Positions 9,801 to 19,293 of a DNA stretch of 64,000 nt are shown here, in pieces. The DNA lies in assembly GCA_021832085.1 (NCBI GenBank), contig JAKBLM010000003.1, forward strand, positions 10,380-74,379, given 5' to 3'. The translations under genes were made by a program, and so were the position numbers. The notes under the pieces are model-generated. The model was not told where the DNA came from and made no database searches. It saw only the letters and a program-made list of their open reading frames with translations. Numbering within the stretch: the stretch's first letter is position 1; each line of letters opens with the position of its first letter. The DNA comes from Acidobacteriota bacterium (GTDB lineage Bacteria; Acidobacteriota; Terriglobia; Acidiferrales; UBA7541).

Positions 9801-10694
9801 GCCGATGGTGCCGCCGAAAATGTTACGCACCAGATGTTCGGGCACGTTCGGCTCGCCGCTGGCTGCCTGAGCGGATTTCAGGAAGTAGGCGTTCGCCTCG
9901 CCCACGTTGTTGCGGTTGAACTCGTAAAGCGAGCCGTGGAAGTGGTTCGTCCCGCTCTTGGTTACCATCGAAATTTGCGCGCCCGCCGAGCGGCCCTCGG
10001 TGGCGCCGTAGTTCGAGGTGGTCACGCGGAATTCCTGCACGGAGAAGGGGGTGGTCGGCAAAACGCCGTTGAACGCGTAGCCGCTGAATTCGTCGTTGTT
10101 GCTCACGCCGTCGAGCGTGATGTTGTTCTGGTCGCTGCGCTCGCCGTTCACCGAGCCTGCGCGCGTGTCATAGGAACTCTGTAGGGAGTTTTGGCCGTTG
10201 TAGACGACGCCGGGCTGAAAACTGAGCAACAGCACCGTGTTTTCCGCGCGGATCGGCAGGTTCTCGATGGCCTGCGTTCCCATCGTCTGTCCCATGCTGG
10301 CATTGGTGGTATTCAGCAGGGGCGGTTGCCCGGACACTTCCACCTGTTGGGTCACCGCGCCGACTTTCATCTTCACGTCAACCGTGGCGGGCAGGTTGAC
10401 CCGCAGCACAACTCCAGTTTGCGTGTAGGTTTGGAATCCGGTCGCTTCGACCGTCAGCTTGTAGGTACCCGGTTGCACAGCCACAAAGGTGTACAGACCG
10501 GTCGATGTCGTGGTCGTTTGCCGCGGCACATTGGTTGCGATGTTCGTGAGTGTGAGTTTGGCTCCGGGAATGGCTGCTCCCGAAGGGTCGGTGATCTGTC
10601 CGCGTAGCGAAGTGGTTGCTTGGCCCCAGACAGACAGGCTCAACGCCAGCGCCGCCAGTACTGCAAAGGCTCCCCAAGACTTGTAGGACTTCAT
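6840..10694 (-). CDS. TonB-dependent receptor, carboxypeptidase-regulatory-like N-terminal domain type
   Basis: 1284 aa with signal peptide (AVLAALALSLSVWGQ). The N-terminal CarboxypepD_reg-like segment reads ITDPSGAAIPGAKLTLTNIATNVPRQTTTTSTGLYTFVAVQPGTYKLTVEATGF. Plug-like region IENLPIRAENTVLLLSFQPGV...GERSDQNNITLDGV. C-terminal beta-barrel ending ...EFSAIYRF. SD GGGGGTGA lies 8 nt upstream of the ATG. Confidence 0.9.
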   Translation of the reverse strand: MKSYKSWGAFAVLAALALSLSVWGQATTSLRGQITDPSGAAIPGAKLTLTNIATNVPRQTTTTSTGLYTFVAVQPGTYKLTVEATGFQTYTQTGVVLRVNLPATVDVKMKVGAVTQQVEVSGQPPLLNTTNASMGQTMGTQAIENLPIRAENTVLLLSFQPGVVYNGQNSLQSSYDTRAGSVNGERSDQNNITLDGVSNNDEFSGYAFNGVLPTTPFSVQEFRVTTSNYGATEGRSAGAQISMVTKSGTNHFHGSLYEFNRNNVGEANAYFLKSAQAASGEPNVPEHLVRNIFGGTIGGPFLKNRFFFFFNYEGRRQHVGATATRTIPSSTLRQGIILYQCNTAGDCPASNVAGANGQNYPVPAGWYGLGPAQLKQMDPLHIGPSQVALNYMQTFPEPNSVAALDQPNYASYTFAAPTTESFNWYIARLDYKITKNGNQTVFFRGTGVDDRSAGTPFLPGQVPESSLVDLSKGFVIGYTGVFGPHWVNSFRYGLTRASYGTIGNSNQPWVYFRDMDQGVTRSSSWVSPVHNIIDTVSWLKGSHSFEFGGNFLLMRAHSTSDGNSYSDALTNADWVDTSGFAGTGSPLDPASGGFPAISKDSYHSYDFPLAAMMGLASEIDAVYNYKVTSLTQATPLAQGASVARRWAVDSYNFYWQDTWQAFPTLSVTYGLNYQLMTPVTETSGQQVAPTVNQGTWFNTRSLEGQNGIPSNYDAPITFAPSGSYWNGPSMYGIQNKNFAPRLGFAWSPRPSGGWLRKLTGDGLTVVRAGFGMYYSNFGPELAMTYNAAGEFGLTTELQNPAGDLSVAEVPRITSMNVIPTKNEQGTVIMPPAPPATFPVTYPLGSEAIAQGIDPSIKTPYSYAVDLSIERQLPHQMTLDLAYVGHFSHRLLVYDDVAMPLNLVDPKTGISYFQAASQLSAMARKGIPYTDVTSAAAIGPTAQYWEDMMAQQPSNPSYLLYYVPGYPHWSQTTSNFYQALYNVFTSPGHLYNETSPLYDIDIYGLPFYAAGGPNTYYNSQYSSLWDWRSIGHSNYNSFQLGLHKQMSHGVLFGFNYTLSKSMDTGSFAERSVMYLTSATINAWDPNQMYGPSQFDVRNQINYYWLVDLPFGRGEMIGSHVSSWANAIIGGWQYSGTGRWTSGFPVGIFQGYVWPTNWDEMGWSNLVGPVSTGTQTVTNGTPNIFTNPAQAATAFDYAYPGQSGTINPIRGDGYFGLDMSLMKQWSIPKMEGQTIQLRWNVYNVLNTNRFDVASLQSEVDSFSSFGNYGSTLTNPRVMEFSAIYRF

Positions 10695-11159
10695 GTGAAC
10701 TTCACCCCCAAACGGAGAGACGACTGGGAATCAGTGTGAACCGGCTGGAGGCCGATACGGCGAGGGGTAGTGGCCTGTTGGGCAGGCCTATCGCAAGCCC
10801 TAGATTTTATGGCGCCTCCTCGTGCCGATGACCCCCCTCATCGGACGACGCCGGCTTTAGAGCCGGTAGGACACATTCTCCAATCGGTAACGCAGATGCC
10901 GATACTCTGAGCCCTCTTCCTTGTGACTGTCAAGAACATATTGAAGAGGAGCTTCCACAACTCTCCCAGATTCTTCCGCGTGGGCTCGGCTGTGCCAGTG
11001 GACGGCCACCAGCAGACGCCGCTTCGCCGCCGAAAGCCTGGATTCCGGTCTGCCACTTTCAGGGCCGTGCCGGGGTGGGCATAGTGGCTTTGACGCACAG
11101 GTTTCGGAGCCACGGTGGCAAACAGTCCCGAGGGTTGAAGCCGCTTGGCGGGGGCACAG

Positions 11160-11205
11160 TTGCGGCGAAGCTGAAGCCGGGCTCATACGAAAAGATTGCG
11201 ATCCC
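11160..11205. repeat. REP-like intergenic element, copy 2 (degenerate hairpin, conserved tail catacgaaaagattgcgatccc)
   Basis: ttgcggcgaagctgaagccgggctcatacgaaaagattgcgatccc aligns with 4128..4173. Confidence 0.55.
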
Positions 11206-11208
11206 CTG

Positions 11209-11404
11209 CGCGCCATTCAGGGCGGCAGCTGCCGGCGCGAAGGAGAAACGACGGCGGGTGCGAGCGTCCGCCGAGAAAATGCGCGCCCCTTGCTCGTCCG
11301 GAAGGCAGGCGAAAAAGGCAAAAAGCCGGGGAAGCGCTTGGGCAAAAAACGTGCGGCCCGGCGATGCTTTGCCGGGCCGCACAGTAGGGATGATCTACAG
11401 AGGG
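11209..11404. repeat. 3' flank of TBDR gene 2, paralogous to 6639..6839
   Basis: Same ordered sequence blocks and terminator as downstream of TBDR gene 1. The offset between copies is about 4.57 kb for stop codons, start codons and flank alike. Confidence 0.7.
11344..11382 (-). terminator. intrinsic terminator of TBDR gene 2
   Basis: Perfect 12-bp hairpin GTGCGGCCCGGC-gatgcttt-GCCGGGCCGCAC, 22 nt after the stop. Followed on the minus strand by GTTTTTTGCC. Confidence 0.85.
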
Positions 11405-14400
11405 TTAGAAGCTGTAGACCATGGAGAACTCCATCACCCGGGGACTGGTCATCGTTGAGGTGTAATCCCCAAATGATGGTCCGGCGTCGACTTCTGCTTG
11501 AATCGAGAAGGGATCGAACCGGTTGGTGTTCAGGACGTTGTAGACGCTCCAGCGCAACTGGACGGTCTGGTCTTCCACTTTCGGAATGTTCCAGGCCTTC
11601 TGCAAGCTCATGTCCAAGCCGAAGTAGCCGTTGCCGCGGATCGAATCGCGATTGCCGCTTTGGCCGGGATACGCGTAACCGAAGTCCGTGGCGGCCGAGA
11701 CGGGGTTCTTGAAGATGTTCGGCGTATAGCCGGTGCCCCCGATATTGACGTTGGCGGTTCCGGTTGCGGGGTTGCCGGTCTTGTTTGCCCAGCCCATTTC
11801 ATCCCAGTTCGTTGGCCAGACATAGCCCATGAAGATGCTGGTCGGGAAGCCGGAAGTCCAGCGTCCGGTACCTGCCAATTGCCAGCCGCCGATGATGGCG
11901 TTGGCCCAGTTGGTGACGTGCGCGCCGACCAGCTCGTTGCGGCCGAACGGCAGGTTAGCCACCCAGTAGTAGTTGATTTGGTTACGCAGGTCGAACTCGC
12001 TGGGGCCGTACATTTGGTGCGGATCCCACGCGTTGATGGTGCTGCTGGTCAGATATTGGGCGGAGCGCTCCACGCGGGACCCCATGTCGTTGGCCACCGA
12101 GTACGTATAGTTGAAGCCGAACAGCAGACCATTGGAGAACTGCTTGTGCAGCCCGAGTTGGAACGCGTTGTAGTTGGAGTAGCCGATCGAGCGCCAATCC
12201 CAGAGCGAGGAGTATTGGGAATCGAAATAGCTGTTGAGGCCGGCCACCGGGGCAACGGGGTAGCCGGCGACGTCCAGCAGGTATAGCGCGGACGTTTCGT
12301 TGTACAGGTTCCCGCAACCAGGTCCGAAGACGTCGTAAACCGCCTGATAGAAATCGGCGGTCGAGCCGCCCGTCGAACAGAGGGCGTACGGGGCTGGGTT
12401 TGCGGACGTCGCCTGAGTTTGCTGGAACTCATCTGCCCAGTATTGCGCGGTAGGGCCGATGGTCGCAGCAGTGATCCCGTTTTCGGGGACGCCCTTGCGC
12501 CAGAGCTGGGACAGCCGGCTCGCGGCGGTGAAGTAGTCTATCCCGGTTTTCGGATCGGTCAGGTCGAGTGGCATGGCGATGTCGTCGAGCACGAGGAGGC
12601 GATGAGCGAGATGCCCGACGTAGCCGAGACTAAGGACCATTTGGCCGGGCAGTTGGCGCTGGACGGAAAAATCGATCGCGTAGGAATAGGGAGTCTTGAG
12701 CGAGGGATCGATTCCGTTCGCGATCGCCTCGGCGCCGACGGGATAGGTGACGGGATAGGTGGAAGGCGGCGCCGCAGGGAAGATGTCGTTTCCCTGGGGC
12801 GTGTTGGTGGGAATCACGTTCATGCTGGTGATGCGGGGAACGTTGGCGATCGGGATGGCAAATGGGCTCTGCTCGGTAGCGGTCAAACCGAATTCGCCCG
12901 AAGCGTTGTAGGCCAGCGCCAACTCGGGGCCGAAGTTGTCGTAATACATCCCGAAGCCGGCGCGGACCGCCGTCTGCTCGTAACCAAAGAGCTTCCGCAG
13001 CCATCCGCCGCTGGGCCGGGGCGACCAAGCAACGCCAAGGCGGGGCGCGAAGTTTTTGGTTTGCGTGCTGTACAGCCCGGAACGTCCCCAGTACGAGCCG
13101 GAGGGCCCGAACTTGATAATCGGGGCTTGGTTCGCCGGAATGCCATGCTGGCCTTCGTAACTACGTATGTTGAACCAAGTTCCCTGATTGACGGTGGGTT
13201 CAACCTGCTGGCCGCGGGTTTCCGTCACTGGCGTCATCAACTGGTAGTTGATGCCGTAGGTCACGGAAAGGGTGGGCATCGCCTGCCAGGTATCCTGCCA
13301 ATACAGGTTGTAGTCGTCGGAGGCCCAATGGCGGGTGAGATTGGAACCCTGGCTGATCGGTGTTGCCGCCGTAAGGCTGGTGACCTTGTAGTTGTAAACG
13401 GCGTCGAGTTCGCTCGCCATGCCCATCATGGCCGCTAGCGGGAAGTCATACGCGTGAGCCGAGGCCACCGTGGGATAGCCCCAGTGGGCGGGGTCGAGGG
13501 CATTGTTCTTGCCGGCGAAGCCGCCGCCTTGCACCCAGTCGGCGTTGGTGAGTGCGTCGCTGAACGTATTTGCGTTGGAATTGCTGAGGGCGTGGATCAG
13601 AAGCAGGTTGGCGCCGAACTGGAAGTTGTGCGATCCCTTCAGCCAACTCACCGCATCCACGATGTTGTATACCGGCGAGACCCAAGTGCTGGAGCGCGTG
13701 ATGCCCTGGCTCATGTCCCGCATGAAGACCCACGGCTGGTTGGAATCGCCAATCGTGCCGTAGCTGGCGCGGGTGAGGCCGAGGCGGAAGTTATTGACCC
13801 AGCGCGGGCCAAAAAGGCCCGTCCATCCCGCGACGAATCCCTTGCTCAAGTCCACGCTCGATAGCTGTGGCCCCTGGCCCGGAAGGAATGGACCTGCGGT
13901 AATGGAACGGTCGTCGACGCCCGTACCACGGAAAAAGAGCGTCTGGCTGCCGCTCTTCGTGAGCTTGTAATCAAGCCGGGCGATATACCAGTTATTCGAG
14001 GTCGGGGTTGGCGAAGCGAAGGTGAAATTGGCGTAATTTGGTGCGTCGAGGGCTGCCGAGCTCGTCGGCACGGGGAACGACTGAAAATATTTGAGCGCGA
14101 CCGCGCTTGGCCCGATTCCCAGCGGGTCCATCTGCTTCAGTTGTGCCGGGCCCAGAGCGTAATATCCCGGCTGAATCGGGTAGGTCTGGCCGTTCTCGCC
14201 CGTAACGTTCATTCCTGGGCAAACCTGAGTTGCCGACTGCGAAGCCGTCGGTGAGCACTGATACTGGATGATTCCTTGCCGCAGCGTCATGCTCGGAATC
14301 GTATCGGACTGCACCGAGCCGGTCCTTTGCCGCTCGCCCTGATAGTTGAAGAAGAAGAAAAGGCGGTTCTTGAGGATCGGCCCACCAATATCGCCGCCGA

Positions 14401-15262
14401 AGATGTTCCGCACCAGGTGCTGAGGCACGTTCGGCTGGCCGCTGGCCGCTTCCGCCGATTTCAGGAAATAGGCGTTTGCTTCACCCACGTTGTTGCGGTT
14501 GTATTCATAAAGGTTGCCGTGGAAGTGGTTCGTGCCGCTCTTGGTGACCAAGGAGATCTGCGCGCCGGAAGAGCGGCCCTCGGTGGCGCCGTAGTTGGAG
14601 GTGGCCACGCGGAATTCCTGGACGGAATAGGGGGTGGTAGGCAGGATGCCGTTGAAGGCGTAGCCCTCGAATTCGTCGTTGTTGTCTACGCCATCGAGCG
14701 TGATGTTGTTCTGGTCGCCGCGCTCGCCGTCCGTCGCGCCGGTGCGGGAGCTATAGGAGTTGCCGTTATAGACCACGCCGGGCTGCAGACTGAGCAGCAG
14801 TACGGTGTTTTCCGCGCGGATGGGCAGGTTTTCGATCGCCTTCGTCCCCATCGTCTGACCCAGGCTGGAGTTAGTGGTGTTCAGGAGGGGTGGTCGTCCG
14901 CTGACTTGCACTGTCTGTGTCACTGCGCCGACCTTCACTTTGACGTTGAGTGTGGCGGGCAGGTTGACGCGCAGCACAACCCCAGTCTGCCTGTAGGTCT
15001 GGAACCCGGTCGCCTGGACCGTCAGTGTGTAGGTGCCCGGTTGCACAGCCGCAAAGGTGTACAGGCCGGTCGATGTCGTCGTCGTTTGCCGCGGCACATT
15101 GGTTGCAATATTTGTGATCGTAACCTTGGCTCCGGGAATGGCTGCTCCCGATGGGTCGGTGATCTGTCCGCGTAGCGAAGTGGTTGCTTGGCCCCAGGCG
15201 GAAACGCCCAAAGCCAGCGAGGCAAATATGACGAGCAAACTCAAAAAATTACGGGCCCTCAT
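11405..15262 (-). CDS. TonB-dependent receptor, carboxypeptidase-regulatory-like N-terminal domain type (paralogue of 6840..10694)
   Basis: 1285 aa with the same architecture. The first ~330 residues are roughly 85% identical by eye to the neighbour, and the C-terminus reads ...EFSMVYSF. SD GGGGGTGA lies 7 nt upstream of the ATG. Confidence 0.9.
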   Translation of the reverse strand: MRARNFLSLLVIFASLALGVSAWGQATTSLRGQITDPSGAAIPGAKVTITNIATNVPRQTTTTSTGLYTFAAVQPGTYTLTVQATGFQTYRQTGVVLRVNLPATLNVKVKVGAVTQTVQVSGRPPLLNTTNSSLGQTMGTKAIENLPIRAENTVLLLSLQPGVVYNGNSYSSRTGATDGERGDQNNITLDGVDNNDEFEGYAFNGILPTTPYSVQEFRVATSNYGATEGRSSGAQISLVTKSGTNHFHGNLYEYNRNNVGEANAYFLKSAEAASGQPNVPQHLVRNIFGGDIGGPILKNRLFFFFNYQGERQRTGSVQSDTIPSMTLRQGIIQYQCSPTASQSATQVCPGMNVTGENGQTYPIQPGYYALGPAQLKQMDPLGIGPSAVALKYFQSFPVPTSSAALDAPNYANFTFASPTPTSNNWYIARLDYKLTKSGSQTLFFRGTGVDDRSITAGPFLPGQGPQLSSVDLSKGFVAGWTGLFGPRWVNNFRLGLTRASYGTIGDSNQPWVFMRDMSQGITRSSTWVSPVYNIVDAVSWLKGSHNFQFGANLLLIHALSNSNANTFSDALTNADWVQGGGFAGKNNALDPAHWGYPTVASAHAYDFPLAAMMGMASELDAVYNYKVTSLTAATPISQGSNLTRHWASDDYNLYWQDTWQAMPTLSVTYGINYQLMTPVTETRGQQVEPTVNQGTWFNIRSYEGQHGIPANQAPIIKFGPSGSYWGRSGLYSTQTKNFAPRLGVAWSPRPSGGWLRKLFGYEQTAVRAGFGMYYDNFGPELALAYNASGEFGLTATEQSPFAIPIANVPRITSMNVIPTNTPQGNDIFPAAPPSTYPVTYPVGAEAIANGIDPSLKTPYSYAIDFSVQRQLPGQMVLSLGYVGHLAHRLLVLDDIAMPLDLTDPKTGIDYFTAASRLSQLWRKGVPENGITAATIGPTAQYWADEFQQTQATSANPAPYALCSTGGSTADFYQAVYDVFGPGCGNLYNETSALYLLDVAGYPVAPVAGLNSYFDSQYSSLWDWRSIGYSNYNAFQLGLHKQFSNGLLFGFNYTYSVANDMGSRVERSAQYLTSSTINAWDPHQMYGPSEFDLRNQINYYWVANLPFGRNELVGAHVTNWANAIIGGWQLAGTGRWTSGFPTSIFMGYVWPTNWDEMGWANKTGNPATGTANVNIGGTGYTPNIFKNPVSAATDFGYAYPGQSGNRDSIRGNGYFGLDMSLQKAWNIPKVEDQTVQLRWSVYNVLNTNRFDPFSIQAEVDAGPSFGDYTSTMTSPRVMEFSMVYSF

Positions 15263-15780
15263 TTTGTTTCACCCCCAGCATATTAATTTCCTAGGAGATT
15301 TGGTGGCAAAGGTATAACTGTTGGCTACGGCTAGAAGGCCTGTCGAAACTGAAGATCCGGCGAGATGCGGCTGCACCTCGTTCACACCCTTTTCGGTTTC
15401 GAGACGGCTCCTCTTGCGGTCGTTTTGAAAAATACCTACGCACCCGATTCTGAAACACCCCCAGAAAAGCACCAACAGTAAGCCGCGTTTCGCCTCATAT
15501 GTCAAGAAATAATGAGCGGTTCGCGCAACCTTCGTTCGCGCTTTGCGCGAGCCATGCATGGCCTCTTTTGCTCAAGATGAAAGTCGATAGAATGTGAGGG
15601 ATTTTGGAGTCGATACCGCAACTTCTTCGGCCTCGCGGCGACTTGCGCGACGTCAAAACCTTAGCCGCGCCGTGTTCGTCAATCTGATTACAGCGAAGTC
15701 ACCGAATTACACGGAAGGACGCAAAAGCAGAAGGAACGGGCCGGGCTTGCGGTCCGCGTTTTCCCCGAAGGCGGCAGGCC

Positions 15781-17049
<1,269 letters not shown>

Positions 17050-17114
17050 AAACCCTCCGCAACTGCCTTACTCCCGTCATCGAGGTCGCTACCACCAGCC
17101 TCGGCCTGCTCTCT

Positions 17115-18029
17115 TCATCCGCCCACGCGTCGTTTCGCCCCTGCCTCGATTGCCCGCCGCACATGCCCCTTGGCCTCGGCCAATCTTCGTTCCGCCTCCT
17201 TCCGTTCCGCTCCCGTCTTCAGCATCACCAGCGCCACCGGCAGCTTGCCTCCGGCCCTCCTCATCGCCCGCCGCGCCTCGTCCTCACTCACACCGGCCAT
17301 TTCGGCCAACACCCGCAGCGCCCGCCGCCAGAGCTTCCGGTTGCTGAGCGAGACGTAGATCATTCGATTGTCGTAAACGCGTCCCAGCCGCGCCATCGCC
17401 GCAGTCGTCAGCATGTTGAGCACCAGCTTTTGCGCTGTGCCCGATTTCATCCGTGTCGATCCGGCCAGCACCTCCGGCCCCACGTCGGCAATGATCCGAA
17501 TGTCCGCCAGTTTCCCGAGGGCAGGACGGGGGTTGGTGGTTACGAGCGCGGTCGTCGCGCCCAGCCGCCGCGCTTTCCGAAGCGCCCCGGCCACGTAAGG
17601 CGTCGATCCACCGGCCGCCAGCCCTACCACCACATCGTTCGGCCCGATGCCGACCCGAGCCATGTCTCTCGCGCCCTGCGCGGCGGAATCCTCTGCCCCT
17701 TCCACGGCGCGGTCGAGCGCCCGCCGCCCGCCTGCAATCACCGCCTGCACACGGGAGCGGGAAATGCCAAAGGTCGGCGGGCATTCCGAAGCGTCCAGCG
17801 CACCGAGCCGCCCGCTGGTTCCCGCACCCACGTAGATCAGCCGGCCGCCCCGCTCGAATCCCGCAACGAAGGCGTCCACCGCTCGCGCGATCGCCGGAAT
17901 CGCCCGCCCGACCGCTGCCGGCACGCGCCGGTCTTCGGCGTTGAGCAGTCGGAGCAGTTCCAGCGTGCCCTCGCGGTCCAACCCGTGGCTGCGGGGATTC
18001 GGCTCTTCGGTTTGCGGCAGTTTTGGCAC
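17115..18029 (-). CDS. murQ: N-acetylmuramic acid 6-phosphate etherase
   Basis: 304 aa. TEEPNPRSHGLD N-terminal motif, SIS domain YVGAGTSGRLGALDASECPPTFG, GSTRMKSGTAQKLVLNML. Confidence 0.9.
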   Translation of the reverse strand: MPKLPQTEEPNPRSHGLDREGTLELLRLLNAEDRRVPAAVGRAIPAIARAVDAFVAGFERGGRLIYVGAGTSGRLGALDASECPPTFGISRSRVQAVIAGGRRALDRAVEGAEDSAAQGARDMARVGIGPNDVVVGLAAGGSTPYVAGALRKARRLGATTALVTTNPRPALGKLADIRIIADVGPEVLAGSTRMKSGTAQKLVLNMLTTAAMARLGRVYDNRMIYVSLSNRKLWRRALRVLAEMAGVSEDEARRAMRRAGGKLPVALVMLKTGAERKEAERRLAEAKGHVRRAIEAGAKRRVGG

Positions 18030-18038
18030 GAGCAGCGA

Positions 18039-18635
18039 TTATAGCGTGCCTTCGGCGACGCTTTCGCCTGGCAGCGGCACTCGCCGAGCCTTGCGCAACG
18101 CGTAGCGCACTCGCAGGAAGATTGCCGCGGCCAGCACCAGCAGGCAGCCTTCGGCAAACATCTTTCCGCCATCCAGCAAGTTCACCGGCCGGCCGTTCAG
18201 GTCGGGATTTGTCAGCAGGCTGTGAATGAAGACGAGCCCGGCGAGCACGTAGGTGCTGAAATGCAGCGTTTTCCATCGCCGGCGTCCCAGTTGCGCCCGG
18301 TAATGCGAGGTGAGCAGTACGAAGCAGAGGCAGTAGACGCCCAGAGCGCCCAGCAGAAAGACCGTCGGCTGCTTCGGCGCCCACGCCGGAAACACCACGT
18401 CAAGCAGATCGAATCCCGCTCGCTGCGAAAAAAGCAGCAGCACCGGGTGCAGCACCGCTACGCCCAGCGCCAGCCAGCCGGTCTGATTGTGGAACCAGAA
18501 AATGTTGATGCGCCGATGTGGCCAGCTCCGCCAGGGGCTGTAGCGCACTGAAATCAGCAGGCCGAGCAGAATGTTCGCGGTGATCAGGCCCAGCGCGACA
18601 ACTCCCACATCAGCCGAAAGCCCGATCGCCGACAA
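18039..18635 (-). CDS. ferric-reductase-like transmembrane domain protein (MsrQ/YedZ-like)
   Basis: 198 aa with about 6 predicted TM helices and conserved His residues in helices (WFHNQTGW, VAVLHPVL, LHFSTYVLAGLVFIHSL). Its stop lies 9 nt upstream of the murQ start. No MsrP-like partner is in the window. Confidence 0.6.
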   Translation of the reverse strand: MSAIGLSADVGVVALGLITANILLGLLISVRYSPWRSWPHRRINIFWFHNQTGWLALGVAVLHPVLLLFSQRAGFDLLDVVFPAWAPKQPTVFLLGALGVYCLCFVLLTSHYRAQLGRRRWKTLHFSTYVLAGLVFIHSLLTNPDLNGRPVNLLDGGKMFAEGCLLVLAAAIFLRVRYALRKARRVPLPGESVAEGTL

Positions 18636-18890
18636 TCCACGCTCCCATTCTTCCCACCCTGCCCGTTTCTCCTGCGTTTTTCACTTTGACGCGATGCACC
18701 GCCCCAGAGGTTTCCGTCGCGCCCGACGAAATGCGTTTTCCCAGCGGCGCAGCCAATCCCCGGCTCGCCGTTTTCTGGCGGCCTGGCTGCTTCCGAGGAA
18801 ACTCTTCATCCCCGCGGCCCCCAATTCCTGGCGTCTAACCCCAGGTCTTCTCCGTTTCCCGAGCCCGGGCATCTTTTCTCCTCTTTCCTG

Positions 18891-18940
18891 TTGACATCGC
18901 ACAGGAGGCCGCGCATACTCCTGTGGAATTACCACAGGAG
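18891..18940 (+). promoter_or_regulatory. sigma70-type promoter of the padR operon with overlapping palindromic operator
   Basis: TTGACA (18891..18896), 17 nt spacer, CATACT (18914..18919). Inverted repeat CACAGGAG (18900..18907) / CTCCTGTG (18918..18925) with a 10-nt gap. A third CACAGGAG copy (18933..18940) overlaps the SD. Confidence 0.5.
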
Positions 18941-18946
18941 AGCACG

Positions 18947-19291
18947 GTGACCGAAACCAAATCCGAAATCCTCCAAGGCACGCTCGATCTGATGGTGTTG
19001 AAAACGCTCGACGCCATGGGCCCGCTTCACGGCTACGGCGTTGCCCGTCGAATCGAGCAGGTGAGCGAAAATCTGCTGCGGCTCAACCAGGGCACGATCT
19101 ACGCTTCGCTCGTCCGCCTGCAGCAAAAGGGATGGATTTCCGCCTCCTGGGGCACGTCGGAAAACAACCGGAAAGCGAAGTTCTATGCCATCACCAAAGC
19201 CGGCCGCAAGCAGCTCGCCGCCGAAACCGAAAACTGGGAGCGGTTCTCCGGCGTGATCGGGCGAATGCTGGCGCTGGCCGATCGGAGGTAG
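18947..19291 (+). CDS. PadR family transcriptional regulator
   Basis: Winged-helix core ILQGTLDLMVLKTLDAMGPLHGYGVARRIEQVSENLLRLNQGTIYASLVRLQQKGWISASWGTSENNRKAKFYAITKAG. I prefer GTG 18947 (GGAG 6 nt upstream) over the track start 18923, which lies inside the predicted promoter. Confidence 0.85.
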   Translation: MTETKSEILQGTLDLMVLKTLDAMGPLHGYGVARRIEQVSENLLRLNQGTIYASLVRLQQKGWISASWGTSENNRKAKFYAITKAGRKQLAAETENWERFSGVIGRMLALADRR

Positions 19292-19293
19292 TC

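Noticed and set aside
10695-11404. Small ORFs (10838..11113, 10857..11216, 11059..11382, 11075..11458) between the two TBDR genes
   Set aside because: They overlap the terminator, the REP-like element and the duplicated 3' flank. The similarity of MRPGKAS... peptides at 6581..6817 and 11059..11382 is explained by the nucleotide duplication of a non-coding flank.
15269-15559. 96-aa minus-strand ORF upstream of TBDR gene 2
   Set aside because: It lies in the low-GC promoter/leader region, with no SD and no recognisable protein features.
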